A stretch of DNA of 64,000 nucleotides from Octopus vulgaris (Eukaryota), in NCBI GenBank assembly GCA_951406725.2, contig OX597830.1, forward strand, positions 25,482,001-25,546,000, in the 5' to 3' direction. The first letter of the stretch is position 1, and every line of letters begins with the position of its first letter. This document shows positions 11,798 through 27,249 of this stretch, piece by piece. The notes beneath the pieces are model-generated. The model did not search any database and was not told where the DNA came from. It saw nothing but the letters and a program-made list of their open reading frames with translations. The position numbers were made by a program, and so were the translations under genes.

Positions 11798-13081
11798 TCT
11801 CTATAAAATTCTTTGTCTGTCTGTTCTCTATGCATTCTCAAACGGCTCCACCAAATCAAATCAAATTTTATAAGATAATAGTATTACACGCCTTGAGTGT
11901 AATACATGAAATATTTTATTTTCCTTTGGATTAAAACAATATAAAATTTTCTCGAAAATCTGTTCTTTCTATAGTCAACTATAGTAAAGGACACTTTATA
12001 TCACGATAACGACGTCACATTTTGTTTATGAGTGTGTATGTGTCTGTGAGTGTGTGTGTGTGTATCTGCGTGCTCGTTACGTACGACATAATAAAGGATA
12101 TTTTATACTATGACGACGACGACGCCACATTTTGTATATGAGTGTGTATGTGTCTGTGAGTGTGTGTGTGTGCCCGTTCGTTACGTAAATGTATGACTGT
12201 TTGTGTCTCTTTTAGTATATGTATGTGAGTGTATTTGACAGTGTACGTGTGTGTCAGTGTGTGCGAGAGTGTATGTGTGTGTGGGTGTATATGTGATTAT
12301 CAATTACACTGATGTAAGCTGGCTAAGTGAAAGAGCCGTACTGTTTCCAACTCATGGAATGGTCGATAAACCCAATCACGAACTTCAAAAGTTAACAAAT
12401 ACATCAGAAATGACTTTTCCATCAACTTACACAGCAGTCGATCAAGATCAGGCTGTTCAATACCCTGTTTGATTTCTGAACACACTTAAATCCGCTGGGA
12501 TGCCGTCACATAACTTGACACTAAAGCTGGATGTTCCCATTATGTTACTTAGGAATCTTCACCCACCTCGCCTGTGTAATGGAACTCGCTTAATTATTAC
12601 TTCCATGAAGCCTCATGTCCTACAGGCAACAATCATAACAGGTAGTCACAAAGAAGAAAATGTCTTTATTCCAAAATTTTCTCTCATACGTACTGATGTT
12701 CTACTTGAATTTAAGAGGCTTCAGTTTAGGTATTTTAATCAACAAATCTCAGAGTCAATCCCTCAAGGTAGTTGGACTTTATCTCTTTGCTACATGCTTC
12801 TCCCACAGCCAACTCTATGTTCACGAGTTGAAAGCAGCAACAATTTGTTCATTTGGACACTAACAAAAAAAATTACACAATGAATAGTGTTTACTCTGAG
12901 GTGCTTCAAGATTGGCAGATTTTCAGTTCTAAATTCTATTATCAATACAATTTGGATATTTTAAAATAAAATATAGATATTTTGAAATAATTAGGAGTAA
13001 AAAGATGTATCTTCATATTTATGGTTTACTAATCTGAATAAGAACAGCAGTAATCCAGGCAACGCCGGGTAATTCATCTAG
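11798..13081 (+). mobile_element. Internally deleted Helitron with PIF1 helicase remnant
   Basis: 5' TC after A; 3' hairpin ccaggcaacgccgg then CTAG; helicase motifs GMPSHNL.LK..PIMLLRNL.PPRLCNGTRL, INKSQ.QSL and CFSH.QLYV at ~12300-12900. Confidence 0.88.
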
Positions 13082-13083
13082 CA

Positions 13084-13477
<394 letters not shown>

Positions 13478-13478
<1 letters not shown>

Positions 13479-13615
13479 CGAAGGGCTTCTTTCAGTTTCT
13501 ACTTACAAGGATTTGGTCAGTTCGAGACTATAGTAGAAGACACTTGCCCAAGACGTTACACAGTGGGACTGAACCCAACACCATGTGACTAGGAATCAAG
13601 CTTCTTACCACACGA
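13478..13615 (-). mobile_element. SINE family B 5' part
   Basis: gggcttctttcagtttc...agaagacacttgcccaag...cagtgggactgaaccc. Confidence 0.75.
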
Positions 13616-14044
13616 CCGGTTGCTATTTTTACCAGATCGGTCGACATACTCAGTAGCTTCATTATTACACTGGAGTATCCATTGTTGTTTTTCTTGTCGA
13701 TGCAACTTACCTGTTTATTAAAAGACACCATTTTAAGAACCACGAGTTTGGCGAAAGAACAATAAGGTTTCAAAAAAGTAAAACAAAACAATAAACAAAA
13801 ACAATGACAAGACAGGCCACACCTCTTAATCTGCTTTTCTTTCATTATATTTCGCTTCACCTTTCAACATAAAGCAACTCCTCACCTCTGAGCTTCACCC
13901 GTCACTATTTTCTTACTCTCTTCTCTTTTCTTCTCCTACTTTTCTTGAGGCTCCTTAATACGAGGTTTGTAGTTAATACTTTAATGGTGATAGGAGGACA
14001 TTAATCTGGAAATGGTGGGAAGGAGAACAACCATACGCGACTAC

Positions 14045-14115
14045 ACAAACACACGCACACACACATACACACACACACGTGCGCGCGTGCGTGTATGTAT
14101 ATATATACGCACACG

Positions 14116-14154
<39 letters not shown>

Positions 14155-14186
14155 GTATATATACACATATACATATATATGTACAC

Positions 14187-14217
<31 letters not shown>

Positions 14218-14230
14218 TATACATATATAT

Positions 14231-14313
<83 letters not shown>

Positions 14314-14510
14314 CGTATATATATATATATATACATATACACATATATGTATATTTATATATATTCTTATATATATATATATTCATATATATGTGCATAT
14401 ATATTTTCATACTTCTACTTGCACTTACATATTCATGTATTTATATATAGACGTATGTATATGTACACACACGCACACACAAACACACACACACACACAC
14501 ACACACACGT
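14045..14510. repeat. (CA)n/(TA)n compound microsatellite
   Basis: Direct read. Confidence 0.95.
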
Positions 14511-15039
14511 AAAAATGTGAAAATTCGTGACTCATGGATCAAGGAGAACAGAAATCAAGAAAGGTACTCTGTACCAGCTAAAATATATCTATATAACAAT
14601 TAGTTTATCTTAATAACGCTAAACCTCTAGGGATCTTTGCGTGTAATCGAAATAGTATATTTTATCTTAATTTATTTTCCATATTTATTTTCATACTTAC
14701 CTTCGGCAGTGGAGTACAAATTTTTGTGATATTTGGACCTCAATTTATTAATGAAAACGATTAAACACAATTTTTGTTTGTTATTTCTTGAAAAAAAACA
14801 TGGCTTCAGTTACATCAACACACATTCACACATACAGAATACACACACATATAATGAATGTCATGGCGTGTCAATCAACACAAACACACATCCGCTATCT
14901 GTGGCATATAAACATGCATAGTCTTCGCGATCTCTAAGAAAAAAAGCGTCGAGTCAATATTTTAATCATTTGGAAATATTTTTAACTGAATGTAATTTCA
15001 TCATCCGGAGTCCGTTAATTTCCATAAAATTCTATTTAT

Positions 15040-15676
15040 TTCTTTACTTTCGTTTTAAAGTGAGAGTGGAGAAAGTGAAAGATGTATATACGTGTATATG
15101 AAATGGAGTGTGTGTGTGAAAGTGAGAAAGAGAGAGAGAGAGAGAGAGAGAGGTAGAGAGAGAGAGAGAGAGGAAAGAGAAAGGAAAGAGAGAGAGAAAA
15201 AGCGAGAAAGAAAGAGTAAATGAAGGGGTGTGTTGTCCTGTATACGTACATGCATCAATATATGTGTATATCTTTTTTGTATGTACGTGTGCATATGTGT
15301 ATCAGAGAGAGGGAGAGAAAGAGAAAGAGAGACTGAGTGGGTGAATGTGTGTACTCTCATGTATGTGTAAGTGGCTCTCTCTTTCTCTCTCTTTCACTCA
15401 TACACGCCCATTTCATATACATATTCATACATCTTTTACTTTCTCCCCTCTTACACTTTAAAACAAAAGTAACGGACGATTTTCAGGATAAAAATTGCTA
15501 AAAAAAGCTTCCACTCGTATAAATTGATGACTATTGTTCGCATAGTTCCAATTAAATAAGTCTAGAAGTTAGATTAAATATATATACATGCATAAGTACC
15601 ATGAATTCCCATTCTACAAACTGGCACACAATTCCCTGAGTACTTTACCGGGCAACGCTGGGTAGTAAGTGTAGTA
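15040..15676 (+). mobile_element. Putative non-autonomous Helitron with internal foldback
   Basis: 3' hairpin ccgggcaacgctggg followed by gtag(t), like the other Helitron ends here; 15045-15135 is inverted at 15375-15471. Confidence 0.5.
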
Positions 15677-16344
15677 TTGAATAATTCTACTATTTTAGCA
15701 TAGAAACTGCACTTCCACTAGTTCATAGCACATCTGAAATAGAATAGTTTGAATCTGTAAACACGAAAGAATTATTTCAGAATATTTCTGAGACAATCCA
15801 ACATCTAGAACGAATTTGATTCATAACAATAAATATCATTTCTTCACTATATACGAGGTCAAACAATCTGAAAATGTAAAATCAAACGACGCCATTTAAT
15901 GTTAACTAAAACACATACAAACAAAAATATGCTTCGCAATCAATACTCGCTTATCGAGTGAAATGAATATGAAAATATATAAATATATACATAAATGAAT
16001 TATATCCAGTAAATAGATACCTAATTAAATTAATGATAATAGATTATAATAAATTGCAAAAGTTCATGAATAAATACAATCTGTAAATGATATATTTACA
16101 GTCGTATAAATCCTCATGTGAAATAATTTGATAGCAAATGTTTGTGTATATATGTGTATATAGCAATACTGAATACTATGATATACGCACGTTCACACAG
16201 TTTTATATACAGTTACTTGTACATATATGCACATACATATAATACGTATTTATATACACACGCGTGCATTTACCTGTACATATGCATATATTTTATATTT
16301 GTAAGTATATATGTATGTATGTACGTGTGTGTGTGTACTCATAG

Positions 16345-16391
<47 letters not shown>

Positions 16392-16488
16392 ACGTATAAA
16401 TACTCATATGATTACATACAAGGAAACGTTGACATACACAAAACGTAAACGTACACATACTAACATACACGTATATAATTATGCTTTC

Positions 16489-16696
16489 TTCTGTAGACAC
16501 AAGGCCTGAAATTTAGAGGAAGAGATTAAGTCGATTACGTCGACCCCAGTGCGCAACTGGTACTTAGTTTATCGTCCTCGAAAGGATGAAAGGCGAAGTC
16601 GACCTCGGCAGAATTTGAACTCAGAACGTAGCGACAGACGAAATACCGTTAAGCATTTCGTCCAGCGTGCTAACGATTCTGCCAACTCGCCGTCTT
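16489..16696 (-). mobile_element. SINE family A, full length
   Basis: ggcgagttggcagaatcgttagcacg head through aggccttgtg tail on the minus strand. Confidence 0.85.
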
Positions 16697-16726
16697 ATAC
16701 ATGTATATAATAATAACTACTAGAAC

Positions 16727-17175
16727 ACGATCCGATCAACGGAACATCTTGCTCGTAAAATTAACTTCTAAGTGGCTGATCACCAGTCCCACCACCAGAC
16801 TTTGGTATCTGGGGGTGCGTCAGAATATTCTAGGTGGGCACTAATTTGTAACAATGCTGAAGAAGAGTCACTAAAGAGGAGTAAACCTGAGGGTGCGCTA
16901 CTGAATAGTGAATGGGCAGTGCTGTCCAGTGCATCCCCTTAGCGAAAGGCACACTGAGCTCTCCACGGACATGCGTAACCATAAAGTAGTTCTCAGGGAG
17001 ATTCAGTGCGAAAGAGAATGCGACAAGACTGGTCCTTTGAATTACATTTTTGCCAGCTGAGTGGACTGGAGCAACGAAAAATAAAGTGCCTTGTTTAAGG
17101 AAACAACGCGCTGCCGGTTATCGAACTCACGACCAATCGCGAACCGATTACCCTAACGACGAAGCCACGCGACTT
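16727..17175 (-). mobile_element. SINE family C interrupted by a ~175-bp insertion (16780-16955)
   Basis: Tail gatccgatcaacggaac.. and body gccagctgagtggactggagcaacg. Confidence 0.7.
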
Positions 17176-17209
17176 GACATAACATAAATACCCATTCATA
17201 TACCTATAC

Positions 17210-17545
17210 AGAGACATACATATAAAATATTCCAGGCTAATATAATACATACACTCATTATAATACATAGATTCATATATAATACATAGACTCATAGACT
17301 CATAGACTTATATAACACATAGGCTCATAGACCGTTATATAGAGATTCATAAAGACATGTGTATGAAATATTCTAGGCTTATGTAATACATAGACTCATT
17401 ATAATACATAGACTCATATATAATGTTAGACTGACAGACTCATAGACTTAGATAATACATAGACTCATAGACTTATATAATATATAGACACATATAGACA
17501 TGTGTATAAAATATTCCAGGCTTATATAATACATAGACTCGTTCA
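17210..17545. repeat. Minisatellite, ~142-bp period, built from atacatagactc units
   Basis: aaatatt(c/t)(c/t)aggct recurs at ~17225, ~17367 and ~17510. Confidence 0.75.
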
Positions 17546-17842
17546 CACACATGCATACGCCCGTGCAAGCACACGCGTACATATGCATGCATATGTAAAT
17601 ATACATATACGCACATATATACATATACACACATATATACTTATATGACCTGATCTTCATTTATGTTCCGATCTACATGCGTTAATGCAGAAATATGTTC
17701 CAATTGAATACATATACATATATACATATGCTTGCATAAAGGTATATGCTGACTTTATTCATATAACCTTATACCTGAAACAGACACACAGGCACACATA
17801 CACACAAATATATATGTGTACATACATACATACATACATACA

Positions 17843-17873
<31 letters not shown>

Positions 17874-17884
17874 TTATATATATA

Positions 17885-18075
17885 TAGGGAGAATTCACAC
17901 AAAAAAGCCAAAGATGAAGACAAGTGGTGTAGACAACAAACAGATGTATTAGTTTAACGCTCGGGAAGTGAAAAAGTCTTCAACATTTCGCGCCTATGCT
18001 CTTCCACAGAAAGGAACACAGAAAGAAACAAGGAAAGAAAATAAAAAAATGTGTAGTGGCTAATATGAATGTTTT
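17885..18075 (-). mobile_element. PLE-type non-autonomous terminal module with variant HHR, ending in (TA)n
   Basis: Reverse complement ccttt-CTGTGGA-a-gagc atag gcgc-GAAA-tg-tt-gaaga at 17977-18014; second truncated copy at 18551-18662. Confidence 0.55.
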
Positions 18076-18119
<44 letters not shown>

Positions 18120-18497
18120 AAAATACACAGTAATGCACACACATATATAAACACGTTTATATATGTATATATATATGTATACACATACACACAAACACGC
18201 GCACACACATGTATATGTGCTTACTTGTATGTGCTTATGCATATATAAACATACGTCTACATACAGACACGTATAGACAATCACTCACATACACATACAT
18301 AGACATAATAGACGTACATATAAATACACAATATTACGTATACATATACATGCAAACATCTATATGTATACATACACACACACATATATATACACCTGCA
18401 TACATATTGCATATACATACATACATACATACATACATACATACATACATACATACATACATACATACATGCATACATACATGTATATATATATATT

Positions 18498-18550
<53 letters not shown>

Positions 18551-18556
<6 letters not shown>

Positions 18557-18662
18557 AGAATTCCCCCCCAAAAAAAAACAAAAGACGAAGACAACAAACA
18601 GATGTATTAGTTTAACGCACGGGAAGTGAAAAAGTCTTCAACGTTTCGCGCCTACGCTTTTC
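18551..18662 (-). mobile_element. Second truncated copy of the same module
   Basis: agggagaatt...cagatgtattagtttaacgc.cgggaagtgaaaaagtcttcaacgtttcg. Confidence 0.6.
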
Positions 18663-19425
18663 ATATTACATATACATGCATATACTATACATATACATAC
18701 ATATGTACATACATATACTATACATATGTACGCATGTTTACACAATTTCATATACCAACGCATGCGAGTTTATGCATTCTTATCGCCCATCTGTTCATTA
18801 ATGTCAATGTATTCGGATACACCTACGTACATTCATGTTGCTTCATATAATGACATAATTCGCAATTCTTGCATATCAGTTTATTCATCCACGCAAATAG
18901 AAGCATATATAAGTACATGCGTTCCAGTATCTGATTAGACGCTTTTATCTATATTACACTCACATATACTTTATGAACAACAGTATACAAAATTTTAGAC
19001 GTAACAGTGACTCAAGTTTAGACTTCATTGTGACATCTGAATGCTGTTTAAATATCATTCCAATACACAGTTGTACTATAATGTAGGCATGTCATGTAAA
19101 TCTTATACTTACATGTTGATACGTAATTTCAGAAATCCTACTCAAAATTTCCCTTTTGCTTCCTTCGTACGTAAATCTCCAGGACGTTTATTACTATTAT
19201 AAATTTGATCTCCGCTAAAATTAACCATTGGATGTTGTACTCAGTGCTTTATTATTATGTTCCAAATATACTCCATCAATATTGTCATAGTCCTTATTGC
19301 CAGGTGAGAATGAATGACATTATGTGTGATACCTAACCTTAAATTAATTGGCTGTTAAACTTATATAAGATATAGTATTGGTGTGGATATTAGTCGTACG
19401 TTTATAAACTTCGTTGTTAATTAGG

Positions 19426-19529
<104 letters not shown>

Positions 19530-20059
19530 CACAAAACCTCATAGAACTAGAAACTCTAATTAACTATTATACTAGTGTAATAAGATTATAAATGAAGACA
19601 ATTATGCAATATCGATATAATATAAACCAGACAACCACCATAAACCATGAATTCTTTAATAAGTTATATCTTTATAAACACAAACAAAAACATTGCAACA
19701 AAGAACCGAAGTTTCTTCGGAATTTTTATAATTTGGAAATGTAAAGGAAAATTTACAAGAAGTCTTCTACACTTTTGTGTGCAGGGTTTATGTTATTGTT
19801 TTTGAACGGCTTTTATTCTGGTCGGTGAACCCTTACCTGTGCCTTTTCCTCTCCACCGTAATAGTTTGTTTTCTTGTAGATCCATTCTATTTTATTACAG
19901 CCTTTGAATTGTAAAAATGAGTAGAAACAAAGAAAATTACTTTAAAATCTCTACAAATATATAATGCTTTAAAGAAATGATTCTTAGCCTATTTTTTAAA
20001 ACTCATGCCTTCCTTATTCGAATTTTCCTGTGACTCTCAAGACATTACTGATCCTTTCT

Positions 20060-20250
20060 TAATATAGGCACAAGGTCTGGAATTTTTGGGGAGGGTGATA
20101 ATCATTAACATCAATCCCAATGTTCCACAGGTAATTATTTCAGCGAACAAAGTTAATTTCGGTGGAATTTGAAATGTGAATGTAAAGAAGAACGAAATAC
20201 TGCTAAGCATTTTGTCCGGCGAGCTAACGATTCCGCCAGCTCGCCACTCT
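20060..20250 (-). mobile_element. SINE family A, degenerate
   Basis: ggcacaagg...ggaatttgaa...gctaacgattccgccagctcgcc. Confidence 0.7.
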
Positions 20251-20318
20251 GAAGTGAGATGCTTACAACCCCTGGACATTAATAAGGAAAAAAGTACATA
20301 GATTTTGTAATAAATATT

Positions 20319-20561
20319 TAATAGTAGAGACAGGTCACTTTTGAAAATATTAAAAATCCTTTAATAAAAATATAATTTGTAAAATTTATCAAACAATAAC
20401 AACGAAATTTTAGATATTATTATTATTATTATTATGAAATTTCTTTGTATGAATATTTAAAAATTGATAATGTGAAATGAAAAAATTTCTGAACAAAATT
20501 TTATCATAATATATAAATATCAAAAATTTTTTTTCAAAGGTGACCTGTTTTCTACTATTAA
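20319..20561. mobile_element. AT-rich MITE with ~30-bp TIRs
   Basis: ttaatagtagagacaggtcacttttgaaaa / ttttcaaaggtgacctgttttctactattaa. Confidence 0.7.
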
Positions 20562-20844
20562 CGTAATAAACTCCATAAAAATATCATTGTCTATTAATTG
20601 CACATTTACTCTTTATTATTACTCTATTCCACAAAAAGAAAAAATATTTTCTGGGTTCAATAAAACAACAATTTATAATCATACACTGTTATTTTTTTTT
20701 TGATATGGCCCACGTAATGAAAAGCTTTTGTTGATGCCCAGAAAATTAATAACTTCCAAGAAATGATAACTCCTTGTGCAGTAATAGAAAATATTTTAGC
20801 AAAATAAATAAAAAGAAATCATATTCCTTTTTTACTGTATTTAT

Positions 20845-21650
20845 TCAGTGAGATCCTTGCGACTGAATCAGTTTCAAAAGTTTTTCAATATCAGGGTCCG
20901 TGGTTGTTAGAGACAAGCGAAAATCACCTCTGCTTACAGTTTCTAAACGATTGCGAGCTTTTGATAGTAAGAAAGACACTCAATGAATGCCTAACAAGAC
21001 TCGACAAAGAAGTAGAAAGGGCCATGAAATATAGATTTACTTCCGGCCAAAGCAATGCAAATTTCATAGCAAGTTCACTACATGTCCATAAGTTATTGAG
21101 CCCATAATTAAATTTAGCTTGAGCAGTTTGAATAATATGCAACTCGTTAAGGTTTTCTTGTAGTCTCATATCAACATTAGTTACGTTTTTCTCAACTGAA
21201 TCTTGCTCCACCACACCAACATAGAATGTCTGTTTCCAGATCTTTGAACTTAAATTCCTTATCACCGTGCAATTTCTTGAAATGCTCCATGTCTGTACGC
21301 TAAGATAATCTTTTGTGGCTTCTTCTCAACAGTATTAAGAGTTGGAAAATGCCCCTACTCCGTACACTCAATATTTATTCTGAATAGATTAAGCTTTTCA
21401 AAGCAAACACTAGTAACCTCTTTGCAAATAAAAAGAATTGTATTTTGATCCGGTAGCTGTTTGTTCAGCAAAGTTAGCTTGTTAAATAAATCTGAAAAGA
21501 AGTTCTATATTTCACATTTGGTAGCTAAGAATTCTTTCCAAGATGTTTACCATTCATAAACATTACAACATTGTCCCAAAGTTCCAAGAATTGACGCAGG
21601 CAGTTACCTTAGAGATTGTTACCGGATGTGCAAACTTCAAAGCAATATCA
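20845..21650 (-). pseudogene. hAT (Charlie/Buster-type) transposase C-terminal remnant
   Basis: Minus-strand pieces SKGNCLRQFLELWD, SDLFNKLN, ALLWPEV, RGDFRLSLT..DPDIEK and SQGSH*. Confidence 0.75.
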
Positions 21651-21771
21651 TAATATTTAATTTGCCCAATGGCAATTCGATACTTTATTCATCAATAACC
21701 TATTATCGAAATGTCAGATGAATCAATTTTTCTCTGCATGTATATGTGTGTATATGTATATATATATATAT

Positions 21772-22690
<919 letters not shown>

Positions 22691-23519
22691 CATATACATC
22701 ACTAAATTCGAACAAATTGAGGTAAGAACTACACGTTCAAGAAGGGTAGAACCAATCATCGACAACTGGCAGCGTGTAATTAAAACGTCGCCCCTTTCGA
22801 CTTTCGACGGAGTGCGATTCCTTGGTTTACGACTAGGTACGATCCCGTCGACACTGAGTTGGCCATTAGGGAAATGAAACTGACTGGCAGGTACAAAGTG
22901 TACTTTATATTCTGCAGGATACTTCCGGAATCTGTGAATTCAGCTTTAGTGTGCCAGAAATAGAAGACGACCTAATGTAATGAATAACGATTAAAACCTC
23001 CAGCCTTATTTGGATGTACTGTTTAGATCATCTTAAGCTACTGTAAAAATGCTGAGATTATATCCCGTGTTGACGGCGCGTGCTAATTAAACACCGAATA
23101 TATCGGCTGACGAAATGATCGTCTTCACTACTGGACAACAATACTGTATTACATGATTTCATCGTTAGTTACGGATCATCAGCGATAGTCAACCTCGCAT
23201 CGAATATCAGAAAGAAAATCAGTCGAACCGATATAATATAATAATGGCCAAATAGTCAGTGATGTCGCGAAAAGCTGGCGGGCTGTGAATAAATTAGCTA
23301 TTAGTGACAGTAGAAGTGTTTGTAACGAATAATAAATAGTACAGCCAACCAAAATTGGATGCGTTGTTTAGATAACGTAACGCTATGTGGCCTAAATTAC
23401 ACGTGGTATCCCCTAGTAGACAGTTAATACAAGGGATATAATTTATTCATAATATTTAGTGGGATCAGAGATATGAAACTGAAATTAAGGAATGTGGTAA
23501 AAGACGTATAGTGTTCATT

Positions 23520-23726
23520 TACTCTTTTACTTTTTCATTTGTTTCAGTCATTTGACTGTAACCATGCTGGAGCACCGTCTTTAGTCGAGCAAATCGACCC
23601 CAGGACTTATTCTTTGTAAGTCTAGTACTTATTCTATCGGTCTCTTTTGCCGAACTGCTAAGTTACGGGGACGTAAACACATCAGCATCGGTTGTCAAGC
23701 GATGTTGGGGGTACAAACACAGACAC

Positions 23727-23778
<52 letters not shown>

Positions 23779-23878
23779 ATATACATATATACGACGGGCT
23801 TCTTTCAGTTTCCGTCGACCAAATCCACTCACAAGGCTTTGGTCGGCCCGAGGCTATAGTAGAAGACACTTGCCCGAA
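23520..23878 (-). mobile_element. SINE family B (head truncated)
   Basis: Near-consensus tail and core. Confidence 0.85.
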
Positions 23879-24821
23879 GTTCTTAGAATTTCTAGTCAAC
23901 CGTAATCATGTATAGGACTATTTCACTGTTTTCAGAATATTTTGTTCTCAATTACTTGGTGTACTTTACAATATCAATCATCCTAGTTGAGAACGGAAAT
24001 CTAATAGCAGACAGATTTTCAAAATGACTGCATTAGAAGGAAAAATATAGAAAAAAGATCTATTGAAAATTAACATTAAATCATATTAAATTTGAACACG
24101 TTTTGAGTTAGTGGATAAACGTGGAGATGCGGAATAAGACAAAGAAGACAAACAGACAAATATGAAGTGCCACAATGATTTACTGGTGATCTAATTTAGC
24201 AAACTAAAAAGATCTGATATCTTGGAAAATTGTATAATAAAAATCACTAAAAAGAATTTAAATATATCAAAAGAGTTATAAATGTATTTGATATAGTTGC
24301 CCTGAATAGAATACTGTATTAGCGTGGGATAAATTGAAAAGAAGAAAAAAAAAAAAAGAAACAGAAATTTTACATAGCAGACTTATTACCAGAATGACTT
24401 TTTAGTGGGAGATACAAAAGCAGGATTATGCGATCATAATGAAAAATACTGTCGATATGGGCGAAATAACCAGACAGACATTTTAAGAAATACATAGAGT
24501 AACTGAATAGAATTATGTTTTTCACCGGCAGCAAGAATGGTTTTAATTGTATTACTTATGAAGTTTTAGTTTTAGGAGAAGAAACACAGATTAGAGTTTG
24601 GAAATTTTAAAGTTTAGGAAATAAAATATAATGCTAAAAGGATATTGTGGGCGATTTATCTTGTCTTATTATGTCACGTGAGGCAAGAATACTAAAAAAA
24701 ATCAACCAGTGTACAGTAAGAAGAGGTCTTGGATACACACAAACACACACACACACACAGGAACACAGAAACGTGCGTGTGCGTTGTGTATCTGTGTGTA
24801 CATGTACATAAACACACATAT

Positions 24822-24855
<34 letters not shown>

Positions 24856-24889
24856 CTATATGTATATGTATTTGATATATGTGTGTGTG

Positions 24890-24928
<39 letters not shown>

Positions 24929-25149
24929 ATACATATATATGTACTGATATATATACATATATATGCACGGATATATTTACTAGTACCTCTACGTATATAT
25001 GTGTGCGTATATACATGTGCGCGTGTGTGTGTGTGTGTATGTATTTAAAATCTTTTGAAAAAATTGATCCAGTCTCAATAAAGATGTTTTTTAAAGGTTA
25101 TTAACTGCTTCAAAAAGGCTTAATTTAACAGAATGTCAGTAACCTTTGC

Positions 25150-26065
25150 GAAAGAAGTTTGTATACAGTGCGTATTTTATGTCTACTGAGAACTTTGTGT
25201 GTAAGCGATTTCGCTAATCAAATTTTCAAGCACGTTTTCTTGGCTAATGTGTATAGAAGTCGTTTTTTGTAATGATAGTCAATATTTCTGGTTTAGTTTC
25301 GGATATAGAATTCTCCTTTTATCTTTCGTAGTTGATCATTTTCATCTTTTATTTTGTAAAAGGGGAATACTTTACATTTTCCATTTGCACAAATGTCTAA
25401 ATGTTTACAACATGGACCATTTGTAATAAATGAATCTATAATTTGTTGTCTATGTACGTCCATACTGCTGGTTAGTTTTGTTCTTGTTTCCCCAATGTAA
25501 TTCTCGTTACATTGTGCATTGTGTTGCACTAGATGAAATTTTTTGTTCCCACAACGAAGGTCTTCACAACTTGTTACCAGCATTATTTCTGTCTCCGATG
25601 TGAATCTCGCCCTTGTAAGGAGTCTCTTGAGATTTGGTGGTTGTCTTCGGCTGTTGATGATTCGTAATTTTTTTTTTATTATTGCTCGGAGATTTGATAA
25701 CTGACATAGAATCGGGTTGTATCGTTTGGCTGAATGCAGGATGTTGTGGTTCCTAGTATTATGGGTTACTACAAACGGAATATTTCTATTTGATTTTCGT
25801 TTTCATTCTCGGTGTGAGTATTTCTTAATAAGACAGAGATCTGGATTTCTTTTTCTTCGGTTAAGCATGATTTATTATATTTTTTGGGTGGGGTGGGGGA
25901 GGCAGGGGGAGGAGGTTATTTCTGTTTTTGAAGGAACATATTTAGTTCTACCAGTGAATTGTTTTCTCTATCTGTGTCTGTAACTATTGAGCACATAAAT
26001 CTTACTATACTGAATGGTATGTTTCTTTTCATATATGTATATACACTTAAAAGATAGAATCAAAA
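25150..26065 (-). pseudogene. Penelope-like element remnant: RT thumb, linker and GIY-YIG endonuclease
   Basis: Minus-strand MKRNIPFSIVRFMCSIV, RNIPFVVTHN, IINSRRQPPNLKRLLTRARF and NYIGETRTKL..MDVHRQQI..CKHL. Confidence 0.85.
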
Positions 26066-26420
26066 TGATTATATCAGTGGCCTATCACATAAAAATGACC
26101 GTATAGGTAAAATTAATTTTTTAAGTATATAATTATAAAAATATAATTAAGGGCTACTGAAAGACCATCCCCCATGCGCTAGAAGTAGATGTCAAATACT
26201 TACAATCCACACTAAGATTTGTTCTCTATGTTCAACCACAAGTCGAATAATTTTGAATATTTTCTTGCTTATTTCCTCGCATCCGACCTGTGGTTGAATA
26301 TAGAGAATAAATCTTAGAGTGAATTGTAGGTATTTGACATCTACTTCAAGCCCAGGCGGCTGGTCTTTCCAGCAGGTCTTAATTATAATTATATTTTTAT
26401 AATTATATACTTGAAAAATA
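26066..26420. mobile_element. Inverted pair of PLE pseudo-LTR ends at the 5' side of the PLE remnant
   Basis: ~26118-26245 is the reverse complement of ~26284-26418; the same tail recurs at 27934-28000 next to A/TA tracts. Confidence 0.7.
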
Positions 26421-26575
26421 TGTATATATATATATATATGTATATCATACGTCTAATCTAATACTATACACACTCGCACACACACACACACATATATATA
26501 CATAAAAATATATATGTATATATGCATACATATATATTTATACATATACATACATATATATGTATGTATATATAA

Positions 26576-26614
<39 letters not shown>

Positions 26615-26716
26615 TAACAAATAAAAGAAGATGGAATATACGAGAATATATTATTAATCACAACTACCAGGTGTAAACCATTCGTTTTATTATCCATTAT
26701 ATCTACATACATGTAC

Positions 26717-26775
<59 letters not shown>

Positions 26776-26776
26776 C

Positions 26777-26807
<31 letters not shown>

Positions 26808-27249
26808 ATCTATTGGCTACACGTGTTCTGCCATCATTCGCACAAATGCATTCTCCTTATGCTTTAACACGCCTGCCTTTAATAGGCCCTTTTAGTTTTT
26901 AACATTTATTTCACTAACCGTGTTAATCGCAAGCTACACTCTAATCTGCCTACATTTCTTCCTCTGACGAAGGAAGTGTACCTTCGAACTCACTAATGTA
27001 TTTTTCATATGTCAACCAAATACAGATTATTTTATGCTTATTATGTATGATATTTAAGCCAGTTGTAGCTCCCTTACTCCTTGAAAAAATTCAGTTTGAT
27101 ACGACATTTTGTAGTTCACCGACCAGATACCTCTGTGACTCCCACTTCTGTCTTAGTATTGATTCAACTCTGCCTCCATTTATTTTTCTATCTCTCCATC
27201 TTTTTATACATCCGAAGCATTACTCCAAGCTGTAATGTAACCCTGTTCT

